NCBI GenBank assembly: GCA_008632985.1
Contig: QPGO01000001.1
Span: 652,404 to 716,403, forward strand
Direction of reading: 5' to 3'
Origin: Psammoneis japonica
Lineage: Eukaryota
DNA length: 64,000 bases
Below the pieces are notes generated by a model. It did not search any database. It was not told where the DNA came from and saw only the letters and a program-made list of their open reading frames with translations. Position numbers and translations under genes: made by a program. Of the stretch, positions 50,439-61,569 are shown one piece after another. Every line of letters starts with the position of its first letter. Within the stretch, counting starts at the first letter, position 1.

Positions 50439-52377
50439 CAGGCAATCGTCCAGCTGTGTGGGCAGCTCTTTGTGAACTGTGTGGGAAATGTGCCAGGGTT
50501 TGTGTGGAATTTGACAATGACACAATTCCATTTTGATGGCGACAAGCAGAAACACACATGGTTTTCCAGTGCAAATTTGACAGCGATGCCACAGACGGAA
50601 TCATTGCAAACGCACCAAAAACTGCATCATTTTAGGGTTTTCGATCACAGGGAATTCCTCATTTGGCACTTAATTTCCCTAGACAAGGAATGACAAGGAA
50701 CTGAGAAAAGGAAAAATTAATTGGTCATTCAATGTGCAGTTGCAACTGTCATGATCCTTTCATCTAGAAGTTGATTTGTCCGGAGCCTCTGGCTGCCAAA
50801 ACACCTCTTTTTGTGCAATGCACTCAATGGGTGAGGCAGACACCATTGGGGGGCACTTTCTCAAGGACAAAAAGATGTGCTTCCACGCGGTTTCTTCAAG
50901 TGCAATCTGCTCAAGCAAGCCCACAAAAGCTCAAGTTGGTGTGGCAAATCTGGTGCACATTGTGCAACAAAGCAAAACAGGAAAGCCTCTTTGTTTCCTT
51001 CATTCAACAAGCCAATGAGGGGGGAATCAAGATGTCCCATGAGCATGAGCGGGGTTTTGGGTCGTGGGGAGCTCCTCCTCTCGCAGCCCCAGATTTCCTC
51101 ACACAAGGAAAATTTCCCGCACTTGTTTGGTGCCAGTTGTGACCAACACAGTCCTTTCATCTTGCAGCCAACATCATGGTCCTTTCATCTCTGTTGGATG
51201 GCCAGCACAGAGCACAGTCGCTGCAGTGCTTCAAGCAGCCCCGCTGCCACAGGAAGCTTGGCTGCTGCTTGTCTCTTGTGCTGCAGATGGCTCCTTTCCT
51301 TTTGCAATCATTTTTTCATGCAGAGCTGACAGAAATGCCATTTGACTGAAGCATCACAGCTGCATGATCTTTCCCAATGCCAACATCATGAGAGGAGGCC
51401 AGCCCCCACTGTGGCGGTGGCTCGCTGGGTTGTGCCTCACAGCTGGTCTTGTCAGCGCAGCACCACAAACAAGCACATTTCTTTTGACACCAAACCACAG
51501 GAAGTGTGCCTTTGATTGCTTGTCTCTGGTGTTGTGGCAGGCAGATCCTTTCCTTTTGCAAACTTTTTTTTTCAAAGAGAGCTGGCTGCTGGGCTGCCAA
51601 CCTTCTGCTCACAGGCGCGGCATGGCAGCAGAACCTGACACCTGATTGCTGAGAGTCAGCCTTCAATCTGTCTGGTGCAAACTCAAAATGAAATGCACAA
51701 GCTGTGAGAGCTGAGAGCCTCAGTCTTGTGGCCGTGCAAAGGGCCTTTGTGTTTGCCCCGCTTGCCTGGGTTTTCTCTTGCTGGCTGCCTCTCTTTTCAC
51801 TGGCGCACTTGCCAAAGAGAAACAGCACAGCATGCTGCTCATCATCAGTTTTTGCAGGAAAGGCTTGGCAGCAAAAACAGAACATTGGCTGTTGCTGTGC
51901 AAGTTGTGAAAATCTGGAGTGTGGGCAGCAGCACAGCTGCAGGAAGGGGCTTTTGTTCTTGCCCATTTTTGGGTTCTTTTCTCTCACATCTCTTGCCATT
52001 GACACACTTGTTACAGTGAAAATGTGGATGTCATGCATTTACATTTTTGGCAGGAAAAGGTTTGGTGGCAAGATCAAACATAGGTTGTTGCTGCATCATG
52101 GTTGGTTTGTTGTTTCCTTCTCTTTCGTCGCAGCAGCATGAATGTCGTAAAACGTCTGGCCGGCGTACGTGCGAATTGAACGCATGGCGTTTTCTCCTCT
52201 CTTCCTCCTTTTCCTCTTCTTTTTTCTTTTTTTTATAAAATCGGAGCTTCCTACCTACGTGACCGGACATATGCCAATTTTCAGCTGAGCAAGTCCAGCA
52301 CTTCGCACCTACCTGGGGGGTACCACTGCCATCTGTCCCACTTCGTCGGTGTCTTTCTTTTATGGCGAAACAACAAC

Positions 52378-53193
52378 ATGGCAATGCAATTTGTTCGTTC
52401 GCCCTCGTTTGTTGCCTTGGTGCAACGAAGCAGCGCCACTCGAATTTTGGCCGTGGTGGTGCCGCCGCCAACAAACGGTAGGAGTGTGATGGTTCCGCCT
52501 ACATCAATCACTCATCCGCATTATTTGGTAGGGACGCGGCACCTTGCATCGAAATCGAAAAAAAACAAAGGCAAAGGAGGAGGTGGAGGCAAAGATTTCT
52601 CCATCAAGTTTGTGTTTGGCAATAATGATGAGCATGATGATGAGTATGTTGTTGACGAAACAATAAAGTTTTCTGCTTCTGCGAATCTCAAAGAGATTCA
52701 GACCCGTCTTGCGGAAGAGTTCGGACTCGAAAAGGAAGAGTTGGATACCCTTGAGTATAAAGACAGTGATGGAGAGTGGAAGGATCTCTCTGATCCTTCC
52801 AAGGAGCTTGCCGGAAAAAAGAATGTCCCTGTGCGCTTCCCCTATGATTATAACGAAGAGGAGGACTACTACGACGACGACGGCATCAACTACGACAATG
52901 ACAATTTCGAAGGAGCCTACGGTGGCATCGGAGATAGAGTTCGGGAGATGGTGAATGTTCTCAAAGAGGAAGGCTACACGAATGAAGGACAGAATCGTCT
53001 TAGAGCAAAGGAAGGAACGGTGGTGGACACCAAGGAGTATGTAATGGCAGCTGCAGAAAAGGAACCCGATCTACAGAACGTGCTTGTAAACAAGATTGGA
53101 GCGCTTGACCATATTGTCATGGCCATCCATTTCCCTTTTCTCTGGAAGGATGACAAAGAAAATGCCGTGGCAAAGCCCGAAGAAGAGGAGTAG
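52378..53193 (+). CDS. Acidic hypothetical protein, 271 aa, with possible mitochondrial presequence and PB1/ubiquitin-like domain
   Basis: N-terminus rich in Arg/Ser and free of acidic residues, ending RHLASK. LEYKDSDGEW resembles the PB1 acidic motif. Tyr-rich with normal TpA. Confidence 0.75.
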   Translation: MAMQFVRSPSFVALVQRSSATRILAVVVPPPTNGRSVMVPPTSITHPHYLVGTRHLASKSKKNKGKGGGGGKDFSIKFVFGNNDEHDDEYVVDETIKFSASANLKEIQTRLAEEFGLEKEELDTLEYKDSDGEWKDLSDPSKELAGKKNVPVRFPYDYNEEEDYYDDDGINYDNDNFEGAYGGIGDRVREMVNVLKEEGYTNEGQNRLRAKEGTVVDTKEYVMAAAEKEPDLQNVLVNKIGALDHIVMAIHFPFLWKDDKENAVAKPEEEE

Positions 53194-53711
53194 CACAGAA
53201 CCGCAGCGGTATTAGCCCTGGAGCTAAGGTACACCGCTGCAATTGTCATAGTTAGTGATGAGGCATCTGTTATGACCCCTGAAATGTCTAGCACAGCTCT
53301 ACTCTAGAGAACAATGTTGCCTCCGTATGCCAAATTTTTTAAGCAAGACAACGTTGTTGTTGTTCAATCGATACGCAGCCTTACTACGCACAATCATATC
53401 AATCTTTCGCTCACACCGTAAAGCCGCCAGGAATAAGCCACTGTTCAATCATTTACTGTACGAATGCTGCCTCGTGCAATACATTTGGATCGGGTATGCT
53501 GCAACAAGAAGGCTACACCAATAAGTACGGCAGCACAAAACAATCTATTAATGCGAATCATAATTCATTTTTACACACCGCATTAGAAGTGGACTTCATG
53601 CAGTGGACACAGTTCACAAGTTCTATATTTAAAGCCATGGAAGATGTAATCATAATTGAAGGCGTTTGCATCCGGCGATATCAGCCAGCACTTCAGCATA
53701 GGGTGTCAATT

Positions 53712-54998
53712 TTATTCTCTAGTCAATTCAGTAAGTTCCAGCTCTTCACTGGCACGATGTGAGATTAGAGCCTTATGCTCTTGCTGCAGGCAGGTTGTGT
53801 CGTGACCAGTCATGGTTGGCATGTTCGGGTGATACCATCGCTTGACAAGCTTGAACATCACCCACAGTACTACTACCGTGGTCACGGCAAGCGTCCCCAC
53901 AAAGCGCTGAAATGCGCGGCTTGGCGGCAAGGGAATGTCCCGTCCATGACCCCATCTCGCCCTAAAGTCGAAATGGAGGCGTCTACCTTCGGTCCATTCT
54001 ATAGGATGAATCCAAAACTTGTGAACATGAGGTGCCACAACAACGCATGGAGCATCGCAAAGGAATGCTCCGAGCACAAAGAAACTGGATTTACCCCCAA
54101 TGACAACATCGCTCTCCGAGAGCGTGTCCAGTGCTTCTCTCCAAAGGGTAGCATTCAGATGAAGCACGGCCTGCGGAAAAGCTGAGGTAAATTCTTCAAA
54201 TTCGGCTGCGTCCCCTTCCGAGAGGAAATGAACAACCACGCGTCGCCTTTGTGGACCCCGCCACAACCACCAGTATTCTTTGTGCTCTGATGAAAGGATT
54301 TGGTAATGTTTCTGGACGCTACGGACCAGGTCATGCAGAGACCCCATGTTTCTGTTGTTGGGATGTTCCACGTCGCCGGTTGCCGTGTCTCCCCAGCGGA
54401 AATGGGCGCTTATCCATATTTCATCCTCCGGTTTGCATAAATAATGCAGTCCGGCTGGTAAATTATTGTCTTGTGCATGCTTGCAACGGGACGAACGGAC
54501 CTTCTGATAGCGTTCCCGGAAATAGTGGTTGAAGGTGCAAAGATTCCAATCGGGTATTGAGTCGTCATCGTTGTTCAATACAAGGACAGTACGCTGTGAA
54601 ACATTGAGTGCTAAACGAAGGAATTCATGTTTGCCACCCACCAGCGAACGGCAAAGCTCCGAAATGGGCGGAAGCATCTCTTTGGATACACTTCGAAATT
54701 CCATTGACACTTTTTCATCATCACTGTCATGCCGCAACCGCTGCATGTCCTCCACCATGCAGTCATTCTTTTGGAGACCGAAAAAGGCAGCGTTGTTCAA
54801 ACGCTGTGGGTGATCGTGAGAATTCTCCAATCTGCCCACCCACGTTGCCCGCAGTGCATCAGCGAGGAGGAGACCACGTCGATAATGAGGAAACACCGAA
54901 CCGATCCCTTCATGGTGTGTGTTGGCCTGCCAGACGTATGGTCCGGTTCTGCACCTTCCATTATTTTTTCCTGATGCAGGTTGCACGAGGACCGCCAT
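53712..54998 (-). CDS. Putative glycosyltransferase of the alpha-2/alpha-6/O-fucosyltransferase superfamily with C-terminal TM segment
   Basis: ISAHFRWGD (motif I), VHFLSEG (motif II), DTLSESDVVIGGKSSF (motif III); hydrophobic FVGTLAVTTVVVLWVMF. Confidence 0.7.
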   Translation of the reverse strand: MAVLVQPASGKNNGRCRTGPYVWQANTHHEGIGSVFPHYRRGLLLADALRATWVGRLENSHDHPQRLNNAAFFGLQKNDCMVEDMQRLRHDSDDEKVSMEFRSVSKEMLPPISELCRSLVGGKHEFLRLALNVSQRTVLVLNNDDDSIPDWNLCTFNHYFRERYQKVRSSRCKHAQDNNLPAGLHYLCKPEDEIWISAHFRWGDTATGDVEHPNNRNMGSLHDLVRSVQKHYQILSSEHKEYWWLWRGPQRRRVVVHFLSEGDAAEFEEFTSAFPQAVLHLNATLWREALDTLSESDVVIGGKSSFFVLGAFLCDAPCVVVAPHVHKFWIHPIEWTEGRRLHFDFRARWGHGRDIPLPPSRAFQRFVGTLAVTTVVVLWVMFKLVKRWYHPNMPTMTGHDTTCLQQEHKALISHRASEELELTELTRE

Positions 54999-55989
54999 TT
55001 TGAAAGAACAAGCATGAACGCGGCGGGATAATACTCAGCACATGAGTACGGGACAAAAGGTAGGTACACCATGGCATGTGGAGCAAACCAAATGGGAAAT
55101 GGGCCGTCAGGGAAGGTTCGCAGGGGGGGATTGGGGGGGGGGGTGCCATGGGGTCAGGAAGGGAGGACGGCGGGTGCGTGTTCTCGCTCGAGGTGAATGA
55201 ACTGTGAAGATCTGGCCATCCATCATGTTGTGTTGTGTCGAGGGGTTGCAATGTCGGGGCATCATGTGTTGTGTCAAGGGGTTGCATTGTCGGGGTGGGA
55301 TGCTCTCCACAACACTCGACTTTGGTCACAATTCTCGTTTTGCAATCATGGCAAGAGAAGGTTGACTGTTCTTGCCCTCTCGCTGTGCTGAGCTTCACTC
55401 ATTTTGGGACAAAAGGAGTGGAAGGGACCGGCAGCATGCGGAGAACTCACCCACACTTTGCCAGAGCAAGCTGCGGCATGTGAACACCACCTTGTCTGTG
55501 CAGCTGCACTGGAGCAGAAAGCAGCTCTCACCTGATGCACCCAAGTGGTGCAGAGGGTGCAAGTGGCACAAGGGTTTGCTGTCACAAAGAACTCCGCACA
55601 CTGTGAAAACTGGTGCGCTCTGTGCTCTTCTCTGACAGCAAAGTGTGACTGACTTGGTCATGGGGTTTGTGCAGGGCCAGTGCACACCAGCGGTGCCAGT
55701 TGGTTGGCGCACTGCAATCACAATGAATCATGGTGGCACACGCACCTCCAAGGGGCTTGTGGAACAAATGCGACGACATTTGCACCTCCCCTTCCATGCA
55801 AGACCTGTTGTCACATGCCTTGCAGGGTTGGTTTCATGAAGACTTGCTTTGCTCTGACCATGTTCACCATGGCATCACAGAGGTTTTTTGATCTCAAGAT
55901 GAAATTGGTTGGCGCCATGTCTTCAGTGGGTGTTTTTCTTCCTTGTGGAATGAGGCTAAAAAATGTCACATTTGACATCCTCTGGCTTG

Positions 55990-56300
55990 TGTTGTTCCTT
56001 GTCTGACAAAGACAAAAAATTAGATTGGGCAGCAACAATTGGCAGTTGCATGTGGTTGCAATGGTGGGATCCATGGGACAACCACAATGATGCAGTGCAT
56101 GGACACGATTCCGAAACGAGAAAGTCTTTGCAATGCCAAGATGCAGAGGCAGAGGTTAAAGAAATCTGTTCCAGGGCCAATGAGCACTTGGCCCACAACC
56201 AAGCTCAGTTGTTTGACTCCGCAGATGAGCATCTCACTCACTCTGCCCACAGACTCTGAGATTGACCAGCCATGGCAAGGCCAATGTTTAAGTCAAGCAT
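55990..56300 (+). pseudogene. Non-LTR retrotransposon 3' fragment related to 8660-8950
   Basis: WWDPWDNHNDAVHGHDSETRKSLQ versus WWELWEEHNQEVHGHDADSRKSSLQ. Confidence 0.7.
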
Positions 56301-57869
56301 CCGAGAGGCCTGGCATCTGTGGCTGTTTGAGGCACACCCGAGGGTGGCGCCGATCTTGGCTGATTGTTGCATGCTCCTGCTGCACCTGGTGTGCTGGGAG
56401 TGTGGGCCAGCTTGTTGCCAGAGTTGCAGAGTGGAAGTGCAGCAGCACTTAAAATCAGACTTTGGGTTTTGTTTTGAAACAAATGTGCTTCAAGTGTGGA
56501 AGAGTTGGCAAGTTCACAAAAATTGTCATGATTTCTGTTGGCAATCATCGATGCATTCATCACCTGCCAGCTCCAGCACAGAGCTCAGATGCAGAACTCT
56601 GTGTGCACCCAGTGTGTCACAAGGAGTTTTGCCCAGGGCTGGAACACACCATGTCAAGCACAGCCTTTGGCAAGCACTGCCAGCACAGGTCAGCAGACAG
56701 CTGACGAGCAAGCACTGCACAAGAACACCAGCTGGAGAACTTGCTGTTCAGTTGTTGTTTGACTGGATGATGCTGACTGTGCCCCTCTCAATTTGTGCTT
56801 GTGTGAGAACAAGGCTAGCCCGGTTGGCAGATGGGGCTGACAAGCAAGCAGCGCAGAAGAGTGCATGCATTGCACACCGTGCAGATGGGTGTGCAAAGTG
56901 GCGCCAGTTTCAGAAGTCAGCCACTGGTCTTCTTTTGTGACGTGTTTTCATCCTGCTTCACAGGTGATGACACTCATGTGCTTTTTTGTGCTGGAGCAAA
57001 TTTGATGGCCTTCTCCCAATTGTTTGTTGCTTCTTTCCTCAGATCTGCTTGTGTTTTGAATTGCCGGGCATCACTCTCGTTGGTTGGATGGTGTGCACAA
57101 GTGGGCAAAGCACTGTCGTGAAAGGGGCTTCTTTTGGTGAGTGAGAGTGAAGGCTGAAAGCAACCACACCAAATTGCTGTGTTTCAGGCACATTTGAGAG
57201 GCTGCTGTTTTGGCCGATGTTTCTTTCATTGCACCCAACTGTTTTTTAAAGAGTGCGTGTCTGTTTTTTGTCTCTTTGCACACTTGAGTGTGGCAGTGTG
57301 TGGCCTCTCTGTGCAGCATTCACAGTGCCCCCCCCCCCCCCCTCCCTCTCCATTGTGAGTCCATGTGTTGACGTTCTTCGCATGCGCTCGCACGCACCGG
57401 AAGGTCTCCTCATGGACTCTTGCGGAAGTCAGACGGGTGGTTTGTTGCGATGCCTCCGGAATTCCCGCATGTTTCCACATGTGCAAAAAACTTTTCTACA
57501 GAGAATTCTGCATGAAATGCACCAGGAGGGCATGGCAACAAATCGCCTGCATGTGACCCTGGTGCATCGTCCGTCTTACTTCCGCGAGAGTCTATGAGGA
57601 GACTTCGGGTGTGCAGGACAACGGTCGACGCATAGAATTACGATGGAGAGTGCCCCCCGCGCCGCCCCCCTGATTGTGAATGTCCGTCCAACCTCCCGCG
57701 CGTGCGTGTGCAAAGATCCAAGATACGGTGTGGTAAAAAATAGATCGCAGTAGCGGCTACCGGTAGTCTACGGTACCCGATACCCGATCCGCTTGCCCCT
57801 TGCCCCTTGCCCATAGACTCTGCTATTCCAGCCACTGCTGTTTTTGTAGTAGCTCCGTTGTGTTTTTGA

Positions 57870-58746
57870 ATGAAGCACGTCTTCTTGTCTCTTCTTTTGT
57901 TCCTTTTGATTGTTCAACCCGTTGAAAGCATGGCGAACAAAGTTTGTGCAGTCTTTGGATACGGTCCAGGTCTGGGTGCCGCTGTCGCTCGCAAGTGGTC
58001 CAAAGAAGGATTCAGTGTGGCCATCATGTCAAGAACCCTCGATAAGGTTAAGGTCTGTATATATTGATCGAACGACGGACACGGCGCCGTAGAATATGAA
58101 CCGTTCTTGAAAAGATTATTGTCGATAGACTCGTCATCTGTCATTCATTTGTGCTTTGTGTGAACATCTTTCTCCATACAAATAGGCCGCCGAATCTGAA
58201 ATTGCAAATTCCAAAGGCTACGCTTGTGATGTAACCAAAGAAGAGGATGTCAAGACTACCGTTTCGTCCATTGAAAAGGATTTGGGTCCGATTGAATGCT
58301 TGATTTACAACGCAGGAAACGGCGTGTGGAAGAGCTGGGATAAGATTCCAGTGGCAGATTTTGAAAAGGGCTTTCAAACCAATGTCTCTGGCTTGTTGGT
58401 TGCTACGCAACAGATTGTGCCCAAAATGTTGGAACGGGGCAATGGCGGCACGGTTCTCATTACGGGAGCGACAGCATCCTTGCGTGGCAAACCCTTTACG
58501 GCTGGATTTGCGCCAATGAAGGGAGCGCAACGTCTTTTTGCCCAGTCCTTAGCCCGGGATTTGGGACCCAAAGGCGTTCATGTCGGATACTTTATCATTG
58601 ATGGGGGTGTCGGGACTTTCGAAAGCGGCGATGATTCCAAACTCAATCCCGACCATGTAGCAGATACTTACTGGCATGTGGCCACGCAACCAAAGAGTTG
58701 CTGGAGTTTCGAAACCGAAGTGCGTCCAAGTGTGGAGAACTGGTAG
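57870..58746 (+). CDS. Short-chain dehydrogenase/reductase, two exons (57870 or 57930-58052; 58186-58746)
   Basis: GYGPGLG Rossmann motif, YNAG, TGATAS, FAPMK in place of YxxxK. The GT..AG intron 58053-58185 restores the frame. Confidence 0.92.
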
Positions 58747-61569
58747 GATTTTATCATTGACGCCGATGCCTGTACGTCCTGCAATGACATTGAAAGAACG
58801 ATGTTGCATTTGTAGGAATTGTATTAGCTAGCCTTGCAGTGCTCTCTAGACACTAGCCTTGCTCCTTCTCTTGTGGGTTTATTTTACAGCAGTTGCATCC
58901 TCCCATCACAATGTTTTTCATTTTCTTTGAATGCCAGATGCAGATACCGAATGGCGTGTTACTTCTAGATGTAGAGACAGTCGCTTGATTCCTGGGGCAA
59001 AAGAACAGAAAGCGAAGCCAGAAGCATCCCAACGAGCATCTGCAGGATATCCTGAAACCCAGTCTATGTTGGACACCCCGCATTGCACAAACACACATCA
59101 TCAGCACATCTCTACCCTCAACCCCACTCAAGTTCTGCCTGTCCAACAGTTGTCCACCTCCCGAAAAGCCAACTTTCGAAAGCCTTGCAACTCTTGGGAG
59201 TCAACGAACGTGTCATGGACAGACAGTGCTCTGCTCGCTCTCGCTCGCCTCGCTGTCATCGCATGACCACAGATTGCATTCTTGTGGCTCCTGCAGTGAG
59301 ATGTTGCGTTGACAGACAATGGTGAGCTCAGCAGTCATTGAGAACTAACAACAATGTCACCATGTTTGATGTTGCAAGTTCCAAGAAGGTTGACAGTTTT
59401 GCCATGTGCCAACAAGAGAACGGAAGTTTTCGCGTTTCTCAGGGAAAAGTGGGGCGCTCAGATTACAAAATCAACAAAAAGAGCAAAAAATGATGAAAGT
59501 TTGTGTGCCGTGGTCAACTGCATTTGACTGTCACAAGAAACACAATTGCAGCACACAAAGGAGGCTTGTCCAGCATTGGCATTGTGCCACCACATCAAGA
59601 AACCTTCCAATGTGCTGTCACAAAAATCCACTGCACTGGTCATCCGCTCAAACTTCTCAAAAGCCGCTGATCCATCAAAAGTTGATCTCCACTGCTGTGA
59701 GTGCAGCACTCTGACTGCTGATGGCTCTCTAGACAGCTCTGAATGGCATCATGGACTCCACAGGGCTCCTTGTTAAATGGCTTCTTTGATGGTGGTGTTG
59801 GCAGCATGTCATGCAAAAAAATGACGGTGCTGCAATGAAAACAACTTGATTTGTCATTTTGCCCCTCAGCAACCTCTTGCAATGATGGGTGCGCTGATGT
59901 GTTGCATGAGATGATCATCATGCTGCTGCATTGTGTCAAAACTCCAGTCATGTGCTGGAGCCAGATCCGCCCATCACATCCTGCTGTGCTCAAGAAAACA
60001 AAACGGCAATTGTGAGAGCTTTTGCCCCCCCCCCCCCCCCCCCCATGTGATTTAATCATGTCATCCATTGCCCCAAGTTTGTCATTGAGGAAGATGAGGC
60101 AAATTGCTTTGTTGTCTCCTCCGCCTCTCACATCTTGATGAAAACACCAGTCTCAGCTCTGAATCCTTGGACAAACAACAGCTCTTCATGGCAGCTCTGC
60201 ACAGCAACAGAACACCAGTTGATTTTGGGTTCCAGAATGCTGGCACAACTCCAGTTGACAAATCATGTTGTCTCCATCTCCAGCACAACTTGAGACATCT
60301 TCTGGACACCATCCAGTGCAAAGGTGGCCTTGCTGGTGGGTTGGCAGTTGGACATGCCAGCACTGCTTTGAGGGTCACTTGGTCATGCATGTTTCACCTT
60401 TGTGCTGCCAGTGCATCAGGGACAATGCCAATGTCCTTGCATGGCTTCAGGAATGGCTTGTTGTTGCCTTCACTCCTTTTGTTGTGATTGCAGCTTCTGC
60501 TTTGTGAATGACTTCTCATTCAAGGCAAACTCCTTTTGCTCTTGCCATTGCCGCTGCTTTTGCTGCCCATCACACACCTTTTCTTGATGGGTGCAGAGAA
60601 ACACACCAAAGCGTGTGTGGGCTCTGACAGCTGCACATGGAAAACATGATGGGTGTTGATGGAGCAATGAGGAGAGCTCTGCTTCCCCCACACTCTTTTT
60701 CTTGCGTGCACTTTCAAGAAACTGTTGTTGCCGGAAAACGACATGCTGTGACTGTGAGCCGACCAAGACCTTCAAAAACACATTGAGCTTGTCACAAGTC
60801 CAAACAAATGGTGTGAATGGATGAAGCAAAGGATGTGGATTTGGATGAAGTGCAAAGCTCCCAAATGGATGCGCTTTTGTGATGACGACAATGTGAAAAA
60901 AATGTCCAAATCCATCACAAACGAAAATTGATCACATGAGATGACAATGCGTTCACCGCTCAAGCTTTCACAAAGCACAAACAACACAAGCAACACTTCA
61001 GTGAGCAAATGAATGGCACAAAATGAGAAAACACAGAAAGAACTCATTTCCACAACATTGTTGACCACTCAGGTGTTGCCCATGCTGCACAGCAGTTGAG
61101 AGTCACGAGTTGAGGAACACAACCATTCACAGCATGTGTGTCAACCAAAGCACCCCAGGAAACCAAACCAATGTGTCAACCTCTTTACAACAATGGCAGA
61201 AAAAGACCCCCCTGCACAAGGCATCATCATCACGATGCATGCCATGGTTAGATGCATCAAAGTAAAACACGCCAATTTGATGCAAAATTGGGACCAGTTG
61301 AGTCCAATCGAATGACTCAACTCTCGTGCTTCACGTGCACGAAGAGAGGGACCCTCACATCCCTTGATTTTGGGCCCCAACCGAGATGCACGTTGTACGT
61401 CATTTTCCTCCCGTGCACACGTGGCCGCATTGCTGGTCCCACCAGCAATGAGCAACAAGCCATGACTTCAACCACAACTGTGTGAGATGGACAGCTGCCA
61501 TTGCTTTGGCATGAATGCACAACAACAAACCAAACACACTGTTGCAACAGCAGTTGAGCAGTTGCAAAC

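Noticed and set aside
58490..58530. SDR FxxxK instead of YxxxK as a product of the mutator
   Set aside because: The codon is TTT, not a TA->TG/CA product; the gene has normal TpA, and Phe at this position occurs in a known SDR subgroup.
57328..60044. Poly-C tracts (57328-57342, 60025-60044) as functional G-quadruplex sites
   Set aside because: Simple homopolymers in decayed DNA with no supporting context; lengths may be sequencing-dependent.
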